Part shown: positions 35,803 through 48,944 of the stretch, piece by piece | How the letters are laid out: the number at the start of each line of letters is the position of its first letter | Numbering within the stretch: the stretch's first letter is position 1 | NCBI RefSeq assembly: GCF_006345805.1 | Contig: NC_043009.1 | Coordinates: forward strand, 26,412,001 to 26,476,000 | DNA: 64,000 nucleotides | Direction: 5' to 3' | Source of the DNA: Octopus sinensis | Lineage: Eukaryota | Notes under the pieces: generated by a model | Told to the model about the DNA's origin: nothing | Database searches by the model: none | What the model saw: the letters and a program-made list of their open reading frames with translations, nothing else | Program-made: the position numbers and the translations under genes

Positions 35803-36435
35803 TTAACCATTTAGCAATTAAACCTACCACACAAAAAGTACATGCGCTAGTGTCACATAAAAAGCACCCACTACACTCTGTAAAGGGCATCCAACCAGAG
35901 AAACCATGTCCAAAGGTGGTGAGCCGGCAGAAACGTTAACATGCTGGGCGAAATGCTTAGCGGTATTTCGGATGCCATTATGTACTGAGTTCAAATTCCG
36001 CCAAGGTCAACTTTGCCTTTCATCCTTTCAGGGTTGATAAATTAAGTACCAGTTATGCACTGGGGTCGATGTAATCGACTTAATCCCTTTGTCCCCTCTA
36101 TGTTTAGCCCCTTGTGGGCAATAAAGAAATAAGAAACCATGTCCAAATAGACAATTGGAGCTTGGTGAAGTTCTCCTGTTCGTCAGCTCTTTATCAAGCT
36201 GTCCAACCCATGTCAGCATAGAAAAACGGATGTTAAATGATGATGATATTCAACCCAAATATTCTACATGTTTTGTGTTCAAACTGGCCAGATCCAGCCT
36301 CTCACACCTACCCTACAATGTCATTCGAAAACCAACCAGTCCCATCCTCAAAATCTCAAAACTATGCAGGACTAATTCAAAACAACGTGAATAAACAAGC
36401 ATTACATTTGACAGAGTACTCTGAATGTTGAAGAG
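35803..36435. mobile_element. Probable piggyBac-type MITE split by nested family E and family B insertions
   Basis: ttaaccatttagcaattaaacc at 35803; resumes at about 36248 (caacccaaatattctac...) and ends tctgaatgttgaagag. The continuity of the two halves is inferred from a recalled consensus. Confidence 0.45.
35915..36132 (+). mobile_element. SINE family B monomer with perfect 15-bp TSD, inside a family E element
   Basis: gaaaccatgtccaaa at 35900-35914 and 36133-36147. Confidence 0.92.
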
Positions 36436-36464
36436 ATGAATAATGTAACCCTTCACATTCCTAG

Positions 36465-36778
36465 GTGCATGGTTCAGTAATCATGAGATAATGAGTTCAA
36501 TTTCTGGACTGGGCTGTGTGTTGTGTTCTTGAGCAAGACTATTTCATGTTGCTCCAGTTCACTCATCTGTAGAAATGAGTTGCGATGTCCCTGGTGCCAA
36601 GCTGTATCGGCCCCTTTGCCTTTCCCTTGGATAACATTAGTGGTGTGAAGAAGGGGAGACTGATATGCATGGGAGACTACTAGTCTTCCATAAACAATCT
36701 TGCCTGGACTTGTGCCTTGGAGGGTAACTTTCAAGGTGCAATCTCATGGTCATTCATAACTAAAGGGGGTCCTTTCAT
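36465..36778 (+). mobile_element. SINE family D
   Basis: Homologous to the reverse complement of 11762-12090, with many CpG-to-TpG/CpA changes. Confidence 0.8.
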
Positions 36779-37602
36779 ATTCTTAAAAGGAAGAATGATT
36801 GTGACTGAACTGACTAGGATCATAAAACTGGTCGATCAGAGTTGGCCTAGGGTTAAACAACTACAACAACAACAACAACATACATGTGCACATGAAGCAA
36901 TGTCTTGCTTCTGGAACTGCCTAAAAGAATGTGTGTTCTATGTTTGCAATGTGCAGAGTGAAATTGCAAAGGCTCCAGGAAAAAGAAAGTAACAAAACGA
37001 TGAAAACGAGTTTCAAGAAATTTAAAGCTGGCCTGAGTCGGCACCCTAACCTCAAATAGATGTTGTTAAGATTTCTTGCATAGAACAGGTTTGTGTCAAG
37101 TGGAAAGAGATGAATTCTGGGGTTTCAAAAAGTCAACTTTTTGGGCAAAGAACAGAGACAATTATTTAAGGAAAGCCATTTTAGAAATTGTAAACAATAT
37201 ATTTAGAGCACAATTTATGTGTGCAAGAATTTTACTTGTGATATTGATATTGGTTTTAAATTTTGGCACAAGGCCAGCAATTTCTGGGGAGGGGGTAAGT
37301 TGATTATGTCGGCTCCAGAACTCAATTCTTTCTAATTTTGGTACAAGGTCACCATTTTGAGGGCTGTGGGTAAGATGATTGTATCAACCCCAGTACTTGA
37401 CTGGTATTCTATTTTATTACCCCCACCCTGAAAGGATGAAAGGCAAAGGTGACCTCAGCTGGATCTGAACTCAGAATGTGAAGAGCCAGAAAAAATTGCT
37501 GCTAAGGATTTTGTCTGACACATTAACAATTCAGCCAGTTCAATCCCTTTGAATATATCTATAATAATAATAATAATAATAATAATGATAATAATGATGA
37601 TG

Positions 37603-37646
<44 letters not shown>

Positions 37647-38309
37647 TGTAGTAGGTACAGGTGTGGTTTTGTGATAAGAAATTTACTTCTTAACCACATG
37701 GTTCTGGGTTCAGTCTCAGTGCACGGTATCTTGGGTGTCGTCTACTATGGCTCCAAAACAACCAAAGCCTTTGTGAGTGGATTTGATAAGCTTGTCATAT
37801 GTGTGTGTGTCTGCATCTGTGTGCATGTGCATGCATGCATGTGTGTGCATGCATGTGTGTTTGTGTCCCTTTGTCTTGACATCACATGACAGTCGTAAAA
37901 TAAGCGTCATTGTCATTTGAGCAGTGCCAAACATTTTTGCAATATTCAGCCAAAACATGTCTGGTCATGGGCAAAAGATGACCTTGTTCAGAAACAGGTG
38001 AGGACTGGTGAAAGAAAGGTCATCCTGCCATAGAGAATCTGCTACAAAAAATTCAGTCTGACTCATACAACATGGAAAAATGAACATTAAAAGGAATAAT
38101 AAAATCTATACAACATAAAAAAAAAAGTATTTTGTGTGGGAAAAAACCACAGAGTATTTTTATTTGAAAGCATTGGGGTTTTTCTTTTGGTTTTTGTGGT
38201 TTCTTCGTTGACATTTTACACCTTTCACCAATATATCACACACACACACACACACACACACAAATATATATACATATATACATATTATATTATGATGGAT
38301 TCTCCCTTC

Positions 38310-38515
38310 TGACGGTGATTTGGAATCAGTACATGAGCTGGGAATTATGAGTACCGATGTGTTGTTTCATAAACATATTACCAAAATGGCAACAAACTAC
38401 AGAGAGGACCAGCAGGATATGCTCTAAGAACATTTGCATCAACGAAACACAGTCTTGTCGGTCCTGTGGAATACCCTTTTCTCCATCCTCAGAATTTCTG
38501 CTCTTCCCCTCATTA
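38310..38515 (+). mobile_element. Highly degenerate CR1-group LINE fragment
   Basis: ESVHELGIMSTDVLFHKHITKM.. / GYALRTF aligns with [32 protein letters not shown] of the 15-16 kb LINE. Confidence 0.6.
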
Positions 38516-38995
38516 AGTAAATCCCATGCTTAACTAGAAGCAATCAACTGGTCCAAAAGTGCTAACCTAATGACCACCACCATATAAACCCACCCCATGT
38601 TCCCCCTTTTATTCAATACTTCTCTTAGCCTTTCTAAAAATTTGAAATACTGATCTGGATTCTTTTTCAATTGTATTTTCTAGCATACAAGTCAACATTA
38701 TATATTGTGTACACATTCAAACCTTGTCACTATCTTTCCAAATCCTGCTACATTCTGCATGTAATTTTTGGTCCGCCAAAGTCATCTTGGTGTCTAAATC
38801 AACCTGCCTTTTGTGGTTCTAAATTTTGGTCCAAAAAGTTCAACGTGTATGCCAGAAAATGCAGTAATTTTTCTTCTAAAGAATGGCTTTCCTCTATGTC
38901 TTTCTCCTCTAGGTCTGTCTTTTAGAATGGCTTTCTTCCAGGTCTGTTCTACACATCATTTTCTCCCATTTTAAAAACTACAATAGTTCAAATTC

Positions 38996-39001
38996 TTTAT
39001 T
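38996..39001 (-). terminator. Possible polyadenylation signal for CCDC138
   Basis: First exact AATAAA I found on the minus strand downstream of the stop (about 760 nt); another at 38608-38613. Unverified. Confidence 0.25.
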
Positions 39002-39757
39002 TGATGCACTAATCTTTCCAGATTATTATCCCTGTGGAGGTGCATGGTCTTGTAATTCAAGTGTTGGGTTCATAAATTTTGAATTGTGGATTCAGTTTTC
39101 AGATAAAAGCTGTATGTTGTGTCCTTGACCAAAACATTTCTTTTCACATTTCTAAAGTACAATGCATTCACCTTTCAGGCACCAGTCACTACTAAAGAAA
39201 AGAAGTTTAACTCTGCAAGAACTAGCATCCCATTAAGAAAGGGAGGGTCTCGGCACTCCAAATAAGTTCCAGCCTCATGATCCTGTACACTAGACATGCA
39301 TAATGGAGTCCACTATAGCTATGGCTATTTCCTCTCTTCCTACTCTTTGAATGGATAAAAACAAATTCTTTATCCCATTTAAGTCTTATGAAGTTATTAT
39401 TTAGGGTTAATACAAATAGCTTACATGTAGGCTTTCACATGTGGTTACATGTAAGTTTGTCAGGAAGACTAATATGAAGATTTTGGCATGTAGATTTTTC
39501 TCATAAGTTTTTCACATGTGGGTTTTTTAAATTTTTGAACAAAGTAGGATTTGTTCTGTGTAGGGTTGGTATGTAGAACTAGAACATAGGAGCAATGAAT
39601 ACAGATCACATGTTGCCATAACCTGTATCAGTAACATATAGGAGTCTTATGGAGGAGTGACATGACATGTAGGATAAACATGTAGGGTTGAGGTGTACAG
39701 GACTCAAATATAAGTTTGTTCCTATAGGCATAGCCAGCTTTGATGTAAATGTTCTGG

Positions 39758-39932
39758 TCATGTGGTACTGACATTAGATGAGCCAACGCAGTTGAGATTG
39801 AAAAGGATAGAGCGCAGGTTCAGTTCTAGGAAAGAGTAGTCTTGTTGATTAGAACTGCAAGTAGAAGTGGAACGACTTAGTTCCTGGATCAATGCTGTGA
39901 TGGAATACACATCAAACAGCTTTTTGTTATGC
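39758..39932 (-). CDS. CCDC138: CCDC138 orthologue, last coding exon
   Basis: Acceptor tttttgtttcttttcag|; (R)HNKKLFDVYSITALIQELSRSTSTCSSNQQDYSFLELNLRSILFNLNCVGSSNVSTT*. Matches the recalled vertebrate CCDC138 end SNKKLFELFTIHLMLQEI...AFLCINLNSTLFNLG. Confidence 0.9.
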
Positions 39933-40161
39933 CTGAAAAGAAACAAAAATATAGCATATAGATATATATAGAAACATATAGATATATATATATAGAAAAA
40001 GTAGATATATAGAAAAAGTGATAAGATTTTTCTTCATTTAGAAGAATGATAGTAGTGATGGTGATAGATAGGTAACCAATAACAATAAATGGTAAAGATG
40101 GTGAAGGAAAGAAGGAAGGACCCAGTACTTAAAATATAAGAAATAACTGAATTAGTCTTAC

Positions 40162-40352
40162 CGAATTTTTGAGAGTTTCTGCAAAATGATGCTGAGTTTC
40201 TCAAATATTTTATCATCCATATTGACTGCACGCAGCACTACAGCAACCGTCCGGAACCAAGTTTCATTGCTGCAACTCGTTAGGAATTGGTTCAAATGAG
40301 GAGACTCCATTGACAATGGCAAGAACACGTCAATGGCATTGTTAACCAGAGT
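40162..40352 (-). CDS. CCDC138: CCDC138 orthologue, penultimate coding exon (191 nt, phase 0-2)
   Basis: tttcag| TLVNNAIDVFLPLSMESPHLNQFLTSCSNETWFRTVAVVLRAVNMDDKIFEKLSIILQKLSKI(R) |gtaaga; EKLSIILQKLSKI is identical to recalled human CCDC138; 229-bp intron to the next exon. Confidence 0.92.
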
Positions 40353-40692
40353 CTGAAATTTAGGAATCTTGGGTCATGATTCTCTTTACATTTTGGGGGT
40401 CAATGTTACAAAAGGACCAACACTCTATCTGCACAGTATCAGTTACACACAGACTCATTTCACACCAAAAGCTGTCTTTTACATGTACACTTGACTGGCT
40501 AGAAGTAGCAGCCTAATTTCCCTCAAATCACACCTGACGATCTTATAAAAGTATTCCAAAGTCAGTTTTGCTGTTAATCCTGCTGGGTTTGATAAAATAA
40601 AGGATCAGTCAAGTAGTGGGCTTGAACTAATTAACAAACCCACTTCACTTGAAATTGTTGGCCCTGTGCCTTAATGAGAAACCATTATTATT

Positions 40693-41190
40693 ATTATTAT
40701 TGAGTGAGAGAGCAGTTCATGCCATCAAAGTGACACTGGGGTAAAATATACGAAGCCCAATATACCCATCATGACTACCCGTCTGATAAAGGTACACCAG
40801 GCACATGCATCACAACCATATGTGCGCGACATGGTGATCTCATATCAAGATAAACAGCACATGACCTTGCAGGTGGGGCCCAGTTAGAATTTTCTTCAGG
40901 TTGAGTAGCCATCCCGCTCAAATGGTCCTGAATAAGGGTTGTTTAAGGATGTTGAAAGAACCACCCATGTTTCAGAGGTGAACTATTCAAACCCCAAAGA
41001 ATCCCTCTCAACACATGGCTATGATGCTCCCCCACTACTTCTGCTCGTGATCAGAGATGCACATATCGTCAGCCACTAAGGGATGCTCAACTGGTTAAGG
41101 TCAAACAACTGACAAGCAAATCTGTGATATTGAGCAGAATATTTGCTGTAGCCCATCTTTTATACCAAGACAAAACAATGTACATGATAA
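40693..41190 (-). mobile_element. Family F element flanked by (TAA)n on both sides
   Basis: Minus strand ends ...ctgctctctcactcaataataataa; homologous to 2405-2765; lies in a CCDC138 intron. Confidence 0.75.
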
Positions 41191-42160
41191 CTATTATCAT
41201 TATTATTATCATTATCATTATTATTATTACTATTAAGGCAGCGAGCTGGCAGAGTCATTAGTATGCTGGACAAAATGCTTAGCAGTATTTCGCGCTTTGC
41301 TACATTCTGAGTTCAAATTCTGCCGAGGTCAACTTTCCTTTTCATCCTTTCAGGGTTGATAAAATAAGTACTAGTTGTACACTGGGGTCGATGTAATTGC
41401 CTCATCCCCCACCTCCCCTAAGCTGCCCTTAAAGCAAAAATTTGAAATTATTATTATTATTATTATTACTATTCTTCTTCTTCTTCTTCTTATTATTATT
41501 ATTATTATGATTATTATTATGAAATGCTTAGCAGTATTTCGCTTTTGCTACGTTCTGAGTTCAAATTCCATTGAGTTTGACTTTGCATTTCATCCTTTCG
41601 GGGTCAAGAAAATAAGTACCAGTTACATACTGGGGATCAATCTAATTGACTCATTCCCCCACCTACCACAATTTTCAAAGGTAGTGAACTGGCAGAATTG
41701 TCAGCATGGAACTCAAAATAGATAAAGTGAGTAGAATGATGGTTAGCATATCTGTCATGGATCCAGATGATGTGGGTTCAAGTTACACATGTGGCCTTTG
41801 GCTTTTTTTCCCCCATCCAAGATAAATTAGTTGGTTTTAAGAAGCACATCCAGCAAGAGAGAAAATTAACCACATGAACAAGATGCAGTCCTGTAATTCC
41901 CCTAAAGAAGCAGTGCCTCCAATTATGTCCTGACTTTGACCAAGGTAACCCATCCAGGTCACACAACCATAGAAAACATACATGAACCCACACATGCACA
42001 CATACATATACAAACAAAAGCATATACACATATGCATATGTACACACACACACACACACATGCATATGTACACACAGAAACATACACAGATTTGTTGCAA
42101 ATGAACAAAATCTCACAAAAGCAAAGAATGAAACAGTTAAAAAGATTTCAATTGTCAAAC

Positions 42161-42285
42161 CTTGTGAATGGGTTTCAAATACTGCAACACAACAGGAGTT
42201 CCTTGATAAAAGAGGAACAATTCTTTACCACGATCAGATTTCAGCTCATTCTTCAGGTCATCGAGTACATTGGCTAAGAAATCCA
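42161..42285 (-). CDS. CCDC138: CCDC138 orthologue, internal exon (125 nt, phase 1-0)
   Basis: ttttatttccaatttccag| (V)DFLANVLDDLKNELKSDRGKELFLFYQGTPVVLQYLKPIHK |gtttga; compare recalled human DYLAQAFDSLCLDLKTEEGKTLFLEYQAVPVILSHLRISSK. Confidence 0.9.
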
Positions 42286-42539
42286 CTGGAAATTGGAAAT
42301 AAAAAAAAAATAAATAATGTATATGTTATTCTTTAACTTGTTTCAGTCATTTAATTGTGACCATGCTCGAGTACCACCTGTAGCCAAACAAATCAACCCC
42401 AGGACCTATTCTTTGTAAGCCTAGTACTTATTTTACCACTGAGTTACAGGGGATGCAAACACACCAGCATCGGTTGTCAAGTGATGGTGGGGAGACAAGC
42501 ACAGATACACAAATGCATATGTGTGTATATATATATATC

Positions 42540-42847
42540 ACCATGATCACCATGATCGACCAGGCTATCAGATGTTGCTACACATCACTGGTCACAATGT
42601 GCTTCACATTGTTTTAGCCTTCAAGTGACGTCACCCGCTGGCTAAGCAAACAGACCAACAGAAAAAAGAGTGAGAGAGAGTTGTGGTGAAAGAGTACAGC
42701 AGGGATCACCACCACCACCTACCGGAGCCTCATGGAGCTTTAGGTGTTTTCACTCAATAAACACTCACAACGCCCGGTCTGGGAATCAAAACTGCAATCC
42801 TACAACTATGAGTCCGCAGCCCTAACCATTGGACCATTGCGCCTCAA
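42540..42847 (-). mobile_element. SINE family C
   Basis: ccctaaccattggaccattgcgcctc head at the right; caccatgatcaccatgat tail at the left. Confidence 0.8.
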
Positions 42848-43577
42848 CTTATATATATATACGAATGTGAGTCAAAAAGTAAGACCATTTTGTTTAGGAC
42901 AGGTTATTCAGGTTATAAAATTCCTTTTTCTTTTAAGTATTCCCCCCAGAAGGGGTAAACTTCTATACCTCAACAATTACAAGTTGGCTCTTTTTGTACT
43001 ATGCTTGTTTACAATATTTTTGCCATGGGCAACTTATATGGAGAATGATGTGTTTCTTTATGAAGCTGAAGCTCACCTTTATAAATATTACCAGCTGCTG
43101 AACAGGAGTTGAACAACTGGTAGCATTTATGGTAGTTTTCCAAATAATTTCAATAAAACCAAATAGGAACAGGCTTAAACCACAGTGACTCATCCGATCC
43201 ATGCTAGCATGGAAAGCCATACAGGCACACAAATTGGCATCACTGCCTTGAGTGCAAGGACTCATAGGACAGGTTACTCAGCTTCCATGATGCATAATTG
43301 ACTGAGATGATAACATTTCTCCTGGATAGGATGCCAGTCCACCACAGGATTACAGGTTTAGAGCCAGCTGGAGTGGAGTAACACAAGAACACAATGCACC
43401 TCCTGGTCCAATGATAGAAACCATGTTCTTGTGAATGTGAGTGCAACACCGTCACCATCAGGCCATGGACCTTCACACATGTATGTGTCAAATGAGAGTG
43501 TGTATGTGTAAGCATGTGCCCATGTGTGTATGTGTGTGAGTGAGTGTGTATAGACACACAGACATCTTTTATCTATT

Positions 43578-43970
43578 ATCTTTTACTTGTTTCAGTCATT
43601 AAACTGTGGCCATGCTGGGGCACCGCCTTGAATTTTTAGTCGAATGCATCAACCCCAGTACCTTTTATTGTAAACCTAGTACTTATTCTATCGGTCTCTT
43701 TTGCTGAACTGCTAAGTTACAGGGATGTAAACACACCAACACTGGTTGTCAAGCAGTGATGGGTGAACAAAGACATATACACATAGATATATATGTTTCC
43801 ATCTACCAAATTCACTCACAAGCACACAAACACACACACACACACACATACGACAGGCTTCTTTCAGTTTCCGTCTACTGAATCTACTCAAAAGGCTTTG
43901 GTTGGCCCATGGCTATAGTAAAAGACACTTGCCCAAGGTGCCATGCAATGGTACTGAACCCGGAACCTTG
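43578..43970 (-). mobile_element. SINE family A, CpG-decayed
   Basis: ttttacttgtttcagtcattaaactgtggccatgctggggcaccgcc...aagacacttgcccaaggtgcc. Confidence 0.8.
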
Positions 43971-45049
43971 TATACCATCATAATCCTTTAACTTCTGTCT
44001 TCCATGCTGGAATAAGTTGAATGGTTCAACAACATCCTCAAAGTGAGAGGACTGCAGTGAGCTCCAATGTCTGCTTCGTAATGCCAGCCACTCTACAGGC
44101 TGCACTAAGTGCTTTTCTCCATGGCACCAACACTAGTGAGGTTACCAAGCAACTCACAAGACAAGATCCTCCACACACACATGCGTGCATCACATACATA
44201 CAGACATATATGCTATAAGAGGCACACTCGCTTCACCTGTCAGAAAGTATAGAAATACATCCAAATGTGACCAGATCTGGTTCAACATTCAAATATATCA
44301 TTTCACACATGTTCACAGGGGAAAATGGTTATGGAATGGTGATGGTGATGGTTGTGGTGGCGGTGGTGGTGATGGTGGCAGTGGTGGTGTGTAATGATAA
44401 TACTTCACAATTACAAAGAAGGAAGGTGGGAAAATAATAACAAAACTGAAATATATTATAATGATGGGAATAGTTTAATACAATTAAATATTTCGTTATC
44501 TGTATGATGTATGTGAGCATTATTGAGAATATGTATATATGCATTAATGTGTGCAAATATATATTTATATATATAGATATGTAGTACATACACAGATACA
44601 CACACACATAATATATACATATATATGTATATGTGTGTGTGTGTGTGTATATATATACATACATATACATTTATATATATATATATATATATGTGTGCAG
44701 CCTTCTGGCTTCCCAGATCCCCAGTCGAACCATCCAACCCATGCTAGCATGGAGAACGGACGTTAAATGATGATGATGATGATATATATATATATATGTG
44801 ATAGGTATGTGTTCTATGAGGGTTTATGAATGTGTGAATTTCCTTGTTTCTAAGCATATGTATAAAGTTGTGTGTGCGCGTGAGAGAGAGAGAGAGAGAG
44901 GGAGAGAGTGAGATGTAGCAGCATCCGTTTTTAACGTCTGGCAACAAATCATTAGTGAAAAGTAAAAAAGTAAAATAAAATAAAAACAAAATGAAATTAT
45001 TCAGGTGCACACTGATATATACATAAGAACAGATAATTTATATATACAT

Positions 45050-45164
45050 TAATGTAAATATATTATATATAATATATATATATATATATTATATATGTGG
45101 TGTGTGTGTGTATATATATATATATGTGTGTGTGTGGTGTATATATATATTATATAATATATAT

Positions 45165-45197
<33 letters not shown>

Positions 45198-45252
45198 AGT
45201 ATATATATATATAATACATAATATATATATATATATACTATATATATATATA

Positions 45253-45298
<46 letters not shown>

Positions 45299-45440
45299 CA
45301 TTATATATATCTATATATATATATATATATATACATATATAAATATATATATTATATATATATTATATATATATATATATATATCTATATATATAATATA
45401 TACATATATATATATTATATATATATATTATAATATATAT

Positions 45441-45478
<38 letters not shown>

Positions 45479-46414
45479 TATATATATACATATATACGAT
45501 ATATATATATATATATATATAATATATATATATATATATAGATAAACATATTATATACACACACATTAATACAAATATACATCCACACACAATAAGGCAA
45601 TTATATCTGCATGCATAAATATGCACACAAGTTAATGCAAATATATCAACACGCAAAACATACAGCATGTAGGGAGAACATTCCACACATCTTACACACA
45701 TTCATATATATATATATATATACACACATACACTCAGAAATGCATAACATGATATGTATATATGTTTGTGTGTGTGTATGTATTTATGTAAATGTGTCTG
45801 TGTATATATGCATGCATGCATGTATGTATGCATGTACATATATATATGCATATAGGTATAAATGCACACATGTATGTATATATGTACGTATGTGTGAATA
45901 TATGTATGCAGGAATATACGTATATACATACATATATGTATGTATATATATGTGTGTGTGTGTGTATATATATGTGTTTGTATATATATATGTGTGTGTG
46001 TGTGTTATTATTATATATATATATATATATGAGATCCTATAATATATATATATTATATATATATGCATATATATATACATATATATATAATGCATATATA
46101 TATACATATTATATATATGCATTTATATATATATACATATATATATATATGCATATAATAATAATATATACATATATATATATATGCATATATATATATA
46201 TATATACATTATATATATATGCATAATATATATATATATATACATATATATATAATAATATATATGCATAATATATATATATATATATGCATATATATAT
46301 ATACATATATTATATATAATATAATATATATATAGTGCATATATTTATGCATATATATATATATATATATGCATATATATATATATATGCATATATATAT
46401 ATATAATAGATATA

Positions 46415-46455
<41 letters not shown>

Positions 46456-46690
46456 TATATTATATATATATATGCATATATATATATGCATATAGATATA
46501 TATCTGCACTATATATATATAAAATGCATATATATATATATGTATATATATGCATATCATCATCATCATCATCATCGTTTAAAACAGACGCTAAACGATG
46601 ATGATGATGATGATGATGATGATATGCATTATAATATGTATATATATATATATATATATATAATATGCATATATATATATGCATATACAA
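45050..46690. repeat. Very long imperfect (TA)n / (ATATATGC)n microsatellite field
   Basis: Directly visible. Confidence 0.9.
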
Positions 46691-47155
46691 ACCATTGAGG
46701 CTTTATACATATTCAACATTTCAGTAACTGCAATTACCCAAGCCCGCTACTACCACCACCGCAACCACAACAACCACAACAACAACAACAGCAACAGGAG
46801 CGGCAATTAAACAAAACAACACAAAGCAGCTTCTCCAACAATTCCAGATTATTTTATGTGGAATTAGATATTCATGAAATAAGAAATGAAGAGAACAATT
46901 TAGCAGTGAATGCTTTGCAATCAAGTTGCGACATGCATCTAATTATCCAGGCTTATCCTATGTCTTTAAACCACAATGAGTAGTAATGGCTGCAGGCGAT
47001 TTTGGCAGCAAGCAACACCGATTCTAAAGACTATAGACATGACAAGTAATATCAATCTAGCACACACTCACACACATTCGTTACATTTATTAATACATAC
47101 ATACATCTCTCTCTCTTTATATTTGTGTTGGTGTGTGTGTATGGATTAATATATG

Positions 47156-48315
47156 CATACATAATACACATATCACACACATATATAATATACCTACATA
47201 TGTGTGCATATGTATATATGTATATATATTTATATACACACATGCAAATATAATGCATACATTCATGCGTGTGCAGATATAGATGTAGATAGGTGCAGGT
47301 GTGTCAGTGAGGTAAGAAGCTTGCTTCCCAACTACATGATTCTGGGTTCAGTCCCACTGTGTGGCACCTTGGCAAAGTGTCTTCTGCTATAGCCTTGGGC
47401 CAACCAAAGGTTTATGAGTGGACTTTATGAGTAGATGGAAACTGAAAGAGGCCATTGTGCATGTGTATATGTGTGTATATATGCATGTGTGCGTGCATGC
47501 TTATATGTATGTCTCTTTGAATTTGTGTTGTTTGTACTCCACCACCACCACCACTGTTTGACAAGTGGTGTTGGTTTATTTATGTTCCCACTACCTAGCA
47601 GTTCAGCTAACGAAACAGATACAAAAACTATCAGATTTTAAGAAAGGTGTGTTTTGGGGTGAATTTGTTCAACTAAACTCTTCAAAGCAGTGCCCCAGCA
47701 TGGCCATAGTCCAGTGTTTGACATAGGTAAATGATATATACACATACATTCCTATATGTGTATATACTGGTCAAACACTGGACTATGGCCATGGTGGTGG
47801 AGTACAAACAACACAAATTCAAAGAGACATACATATAAGCATGCACGCACACATGCATATATACACACATGTTTTCAGTTTCCATCAACTCATAAAGTCC
47901 ACTCATAAACCTTTGGTTGGCCTAAGGCTATAGCAGAAGACACTTGGCCAAGGTGCCACACAGTGGGACTGAACCCAGAATCATGTGGTTGGGAAGCAAG
48001 CTTCTTACCTCACTGCCACACCTGCACCTATCTACATCTATATCTGCACACGCATGAATGTATGCATTATATTTGCATGTGTGTATATAAATATATATAC
48101 ATCACGGAGTGGTTGGCGTTAGGAAGGGCATCCAGCTGTAGAAACATTGCCAGATAAGACCGGAGCCTGGTGCAGCCTTCTGGCTTCCCAGATCCCCGGT
48201 CGAACCGTCCAACCCATGCTAGCATGGAGAACGGACGTTAAACGATGATGATGATGATGATATATACACATATGTAGGTATAATTATATATGTGTGTGAT
48301 ACATGTATTATGTAT
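47156..48315. repeat. Fold-back inverted duplication (contains family A copies; family E insertion at 48102-48260 in the right arm only)
   Basis: 47770-48315 is the reverse complement of 47156-47722 with shared private variants; 47-bp spacer. Confidence 0.9.
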
Positions 48316-48688
48316 GTGTGTCCTAGCACCCACACCATCATCGACACCCCCACATATTACTGATGCACACACACACATCAAAGTCACCAGCCCCTATCCA
48401 CACGCACACATTTACACACTCTCACATATGCACACACGCACCTTAATTTTGGGATCACTAGTACTTTATTATCTCCCCTTCTTCCTAGCTCTCCTGTCTA
48501 ACTACCTTTGTCCAACCAGTCACCATAACTGACTGCTAACTCCACAAGTTTTATATTCCCTCTCTGTTTATTTCCCCATGTTCCTTTTTGTTGAAGAGTG
48601 TAGGCTCAAAATGTAAAAGACTTTGGATGCATCTTTCATAATGCACCATCTATAAATGCCACAAAATCATCATCAACATCATCATCAT

Positions 48689-48944
48689 CAGTGGTTCTCA
48701 ACTGTGTTCCATGTGGCCCTTGGGTGTCCACATAAGGTTTTGTTGTTTAAATTTATGTGAAATAAATTGATTCTAATTTCAACAATACACAAAATATTTT
48801 AACAATATTTTTATACAATTCTTAATAATCTTTAAGAATAAAAATATAATGGGACTTTTCCAAATATCAAATGTTTATTAGGGTCCAGTAGAATAGAATA
48901 GGAATAAAAGGGATCCATACGCAAGAAATAGTTGAGAACCACTG
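48689..48944. mobile_element. hAT (Charlie-type) MITE, 256 bp
   Basis: Perfect 14-bp TIR cagtggttctcaac / gttgagaaccactg; 8-bp TSD atcatcat at 48681-48688 and 48945-48952. Confidence 0.92.
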
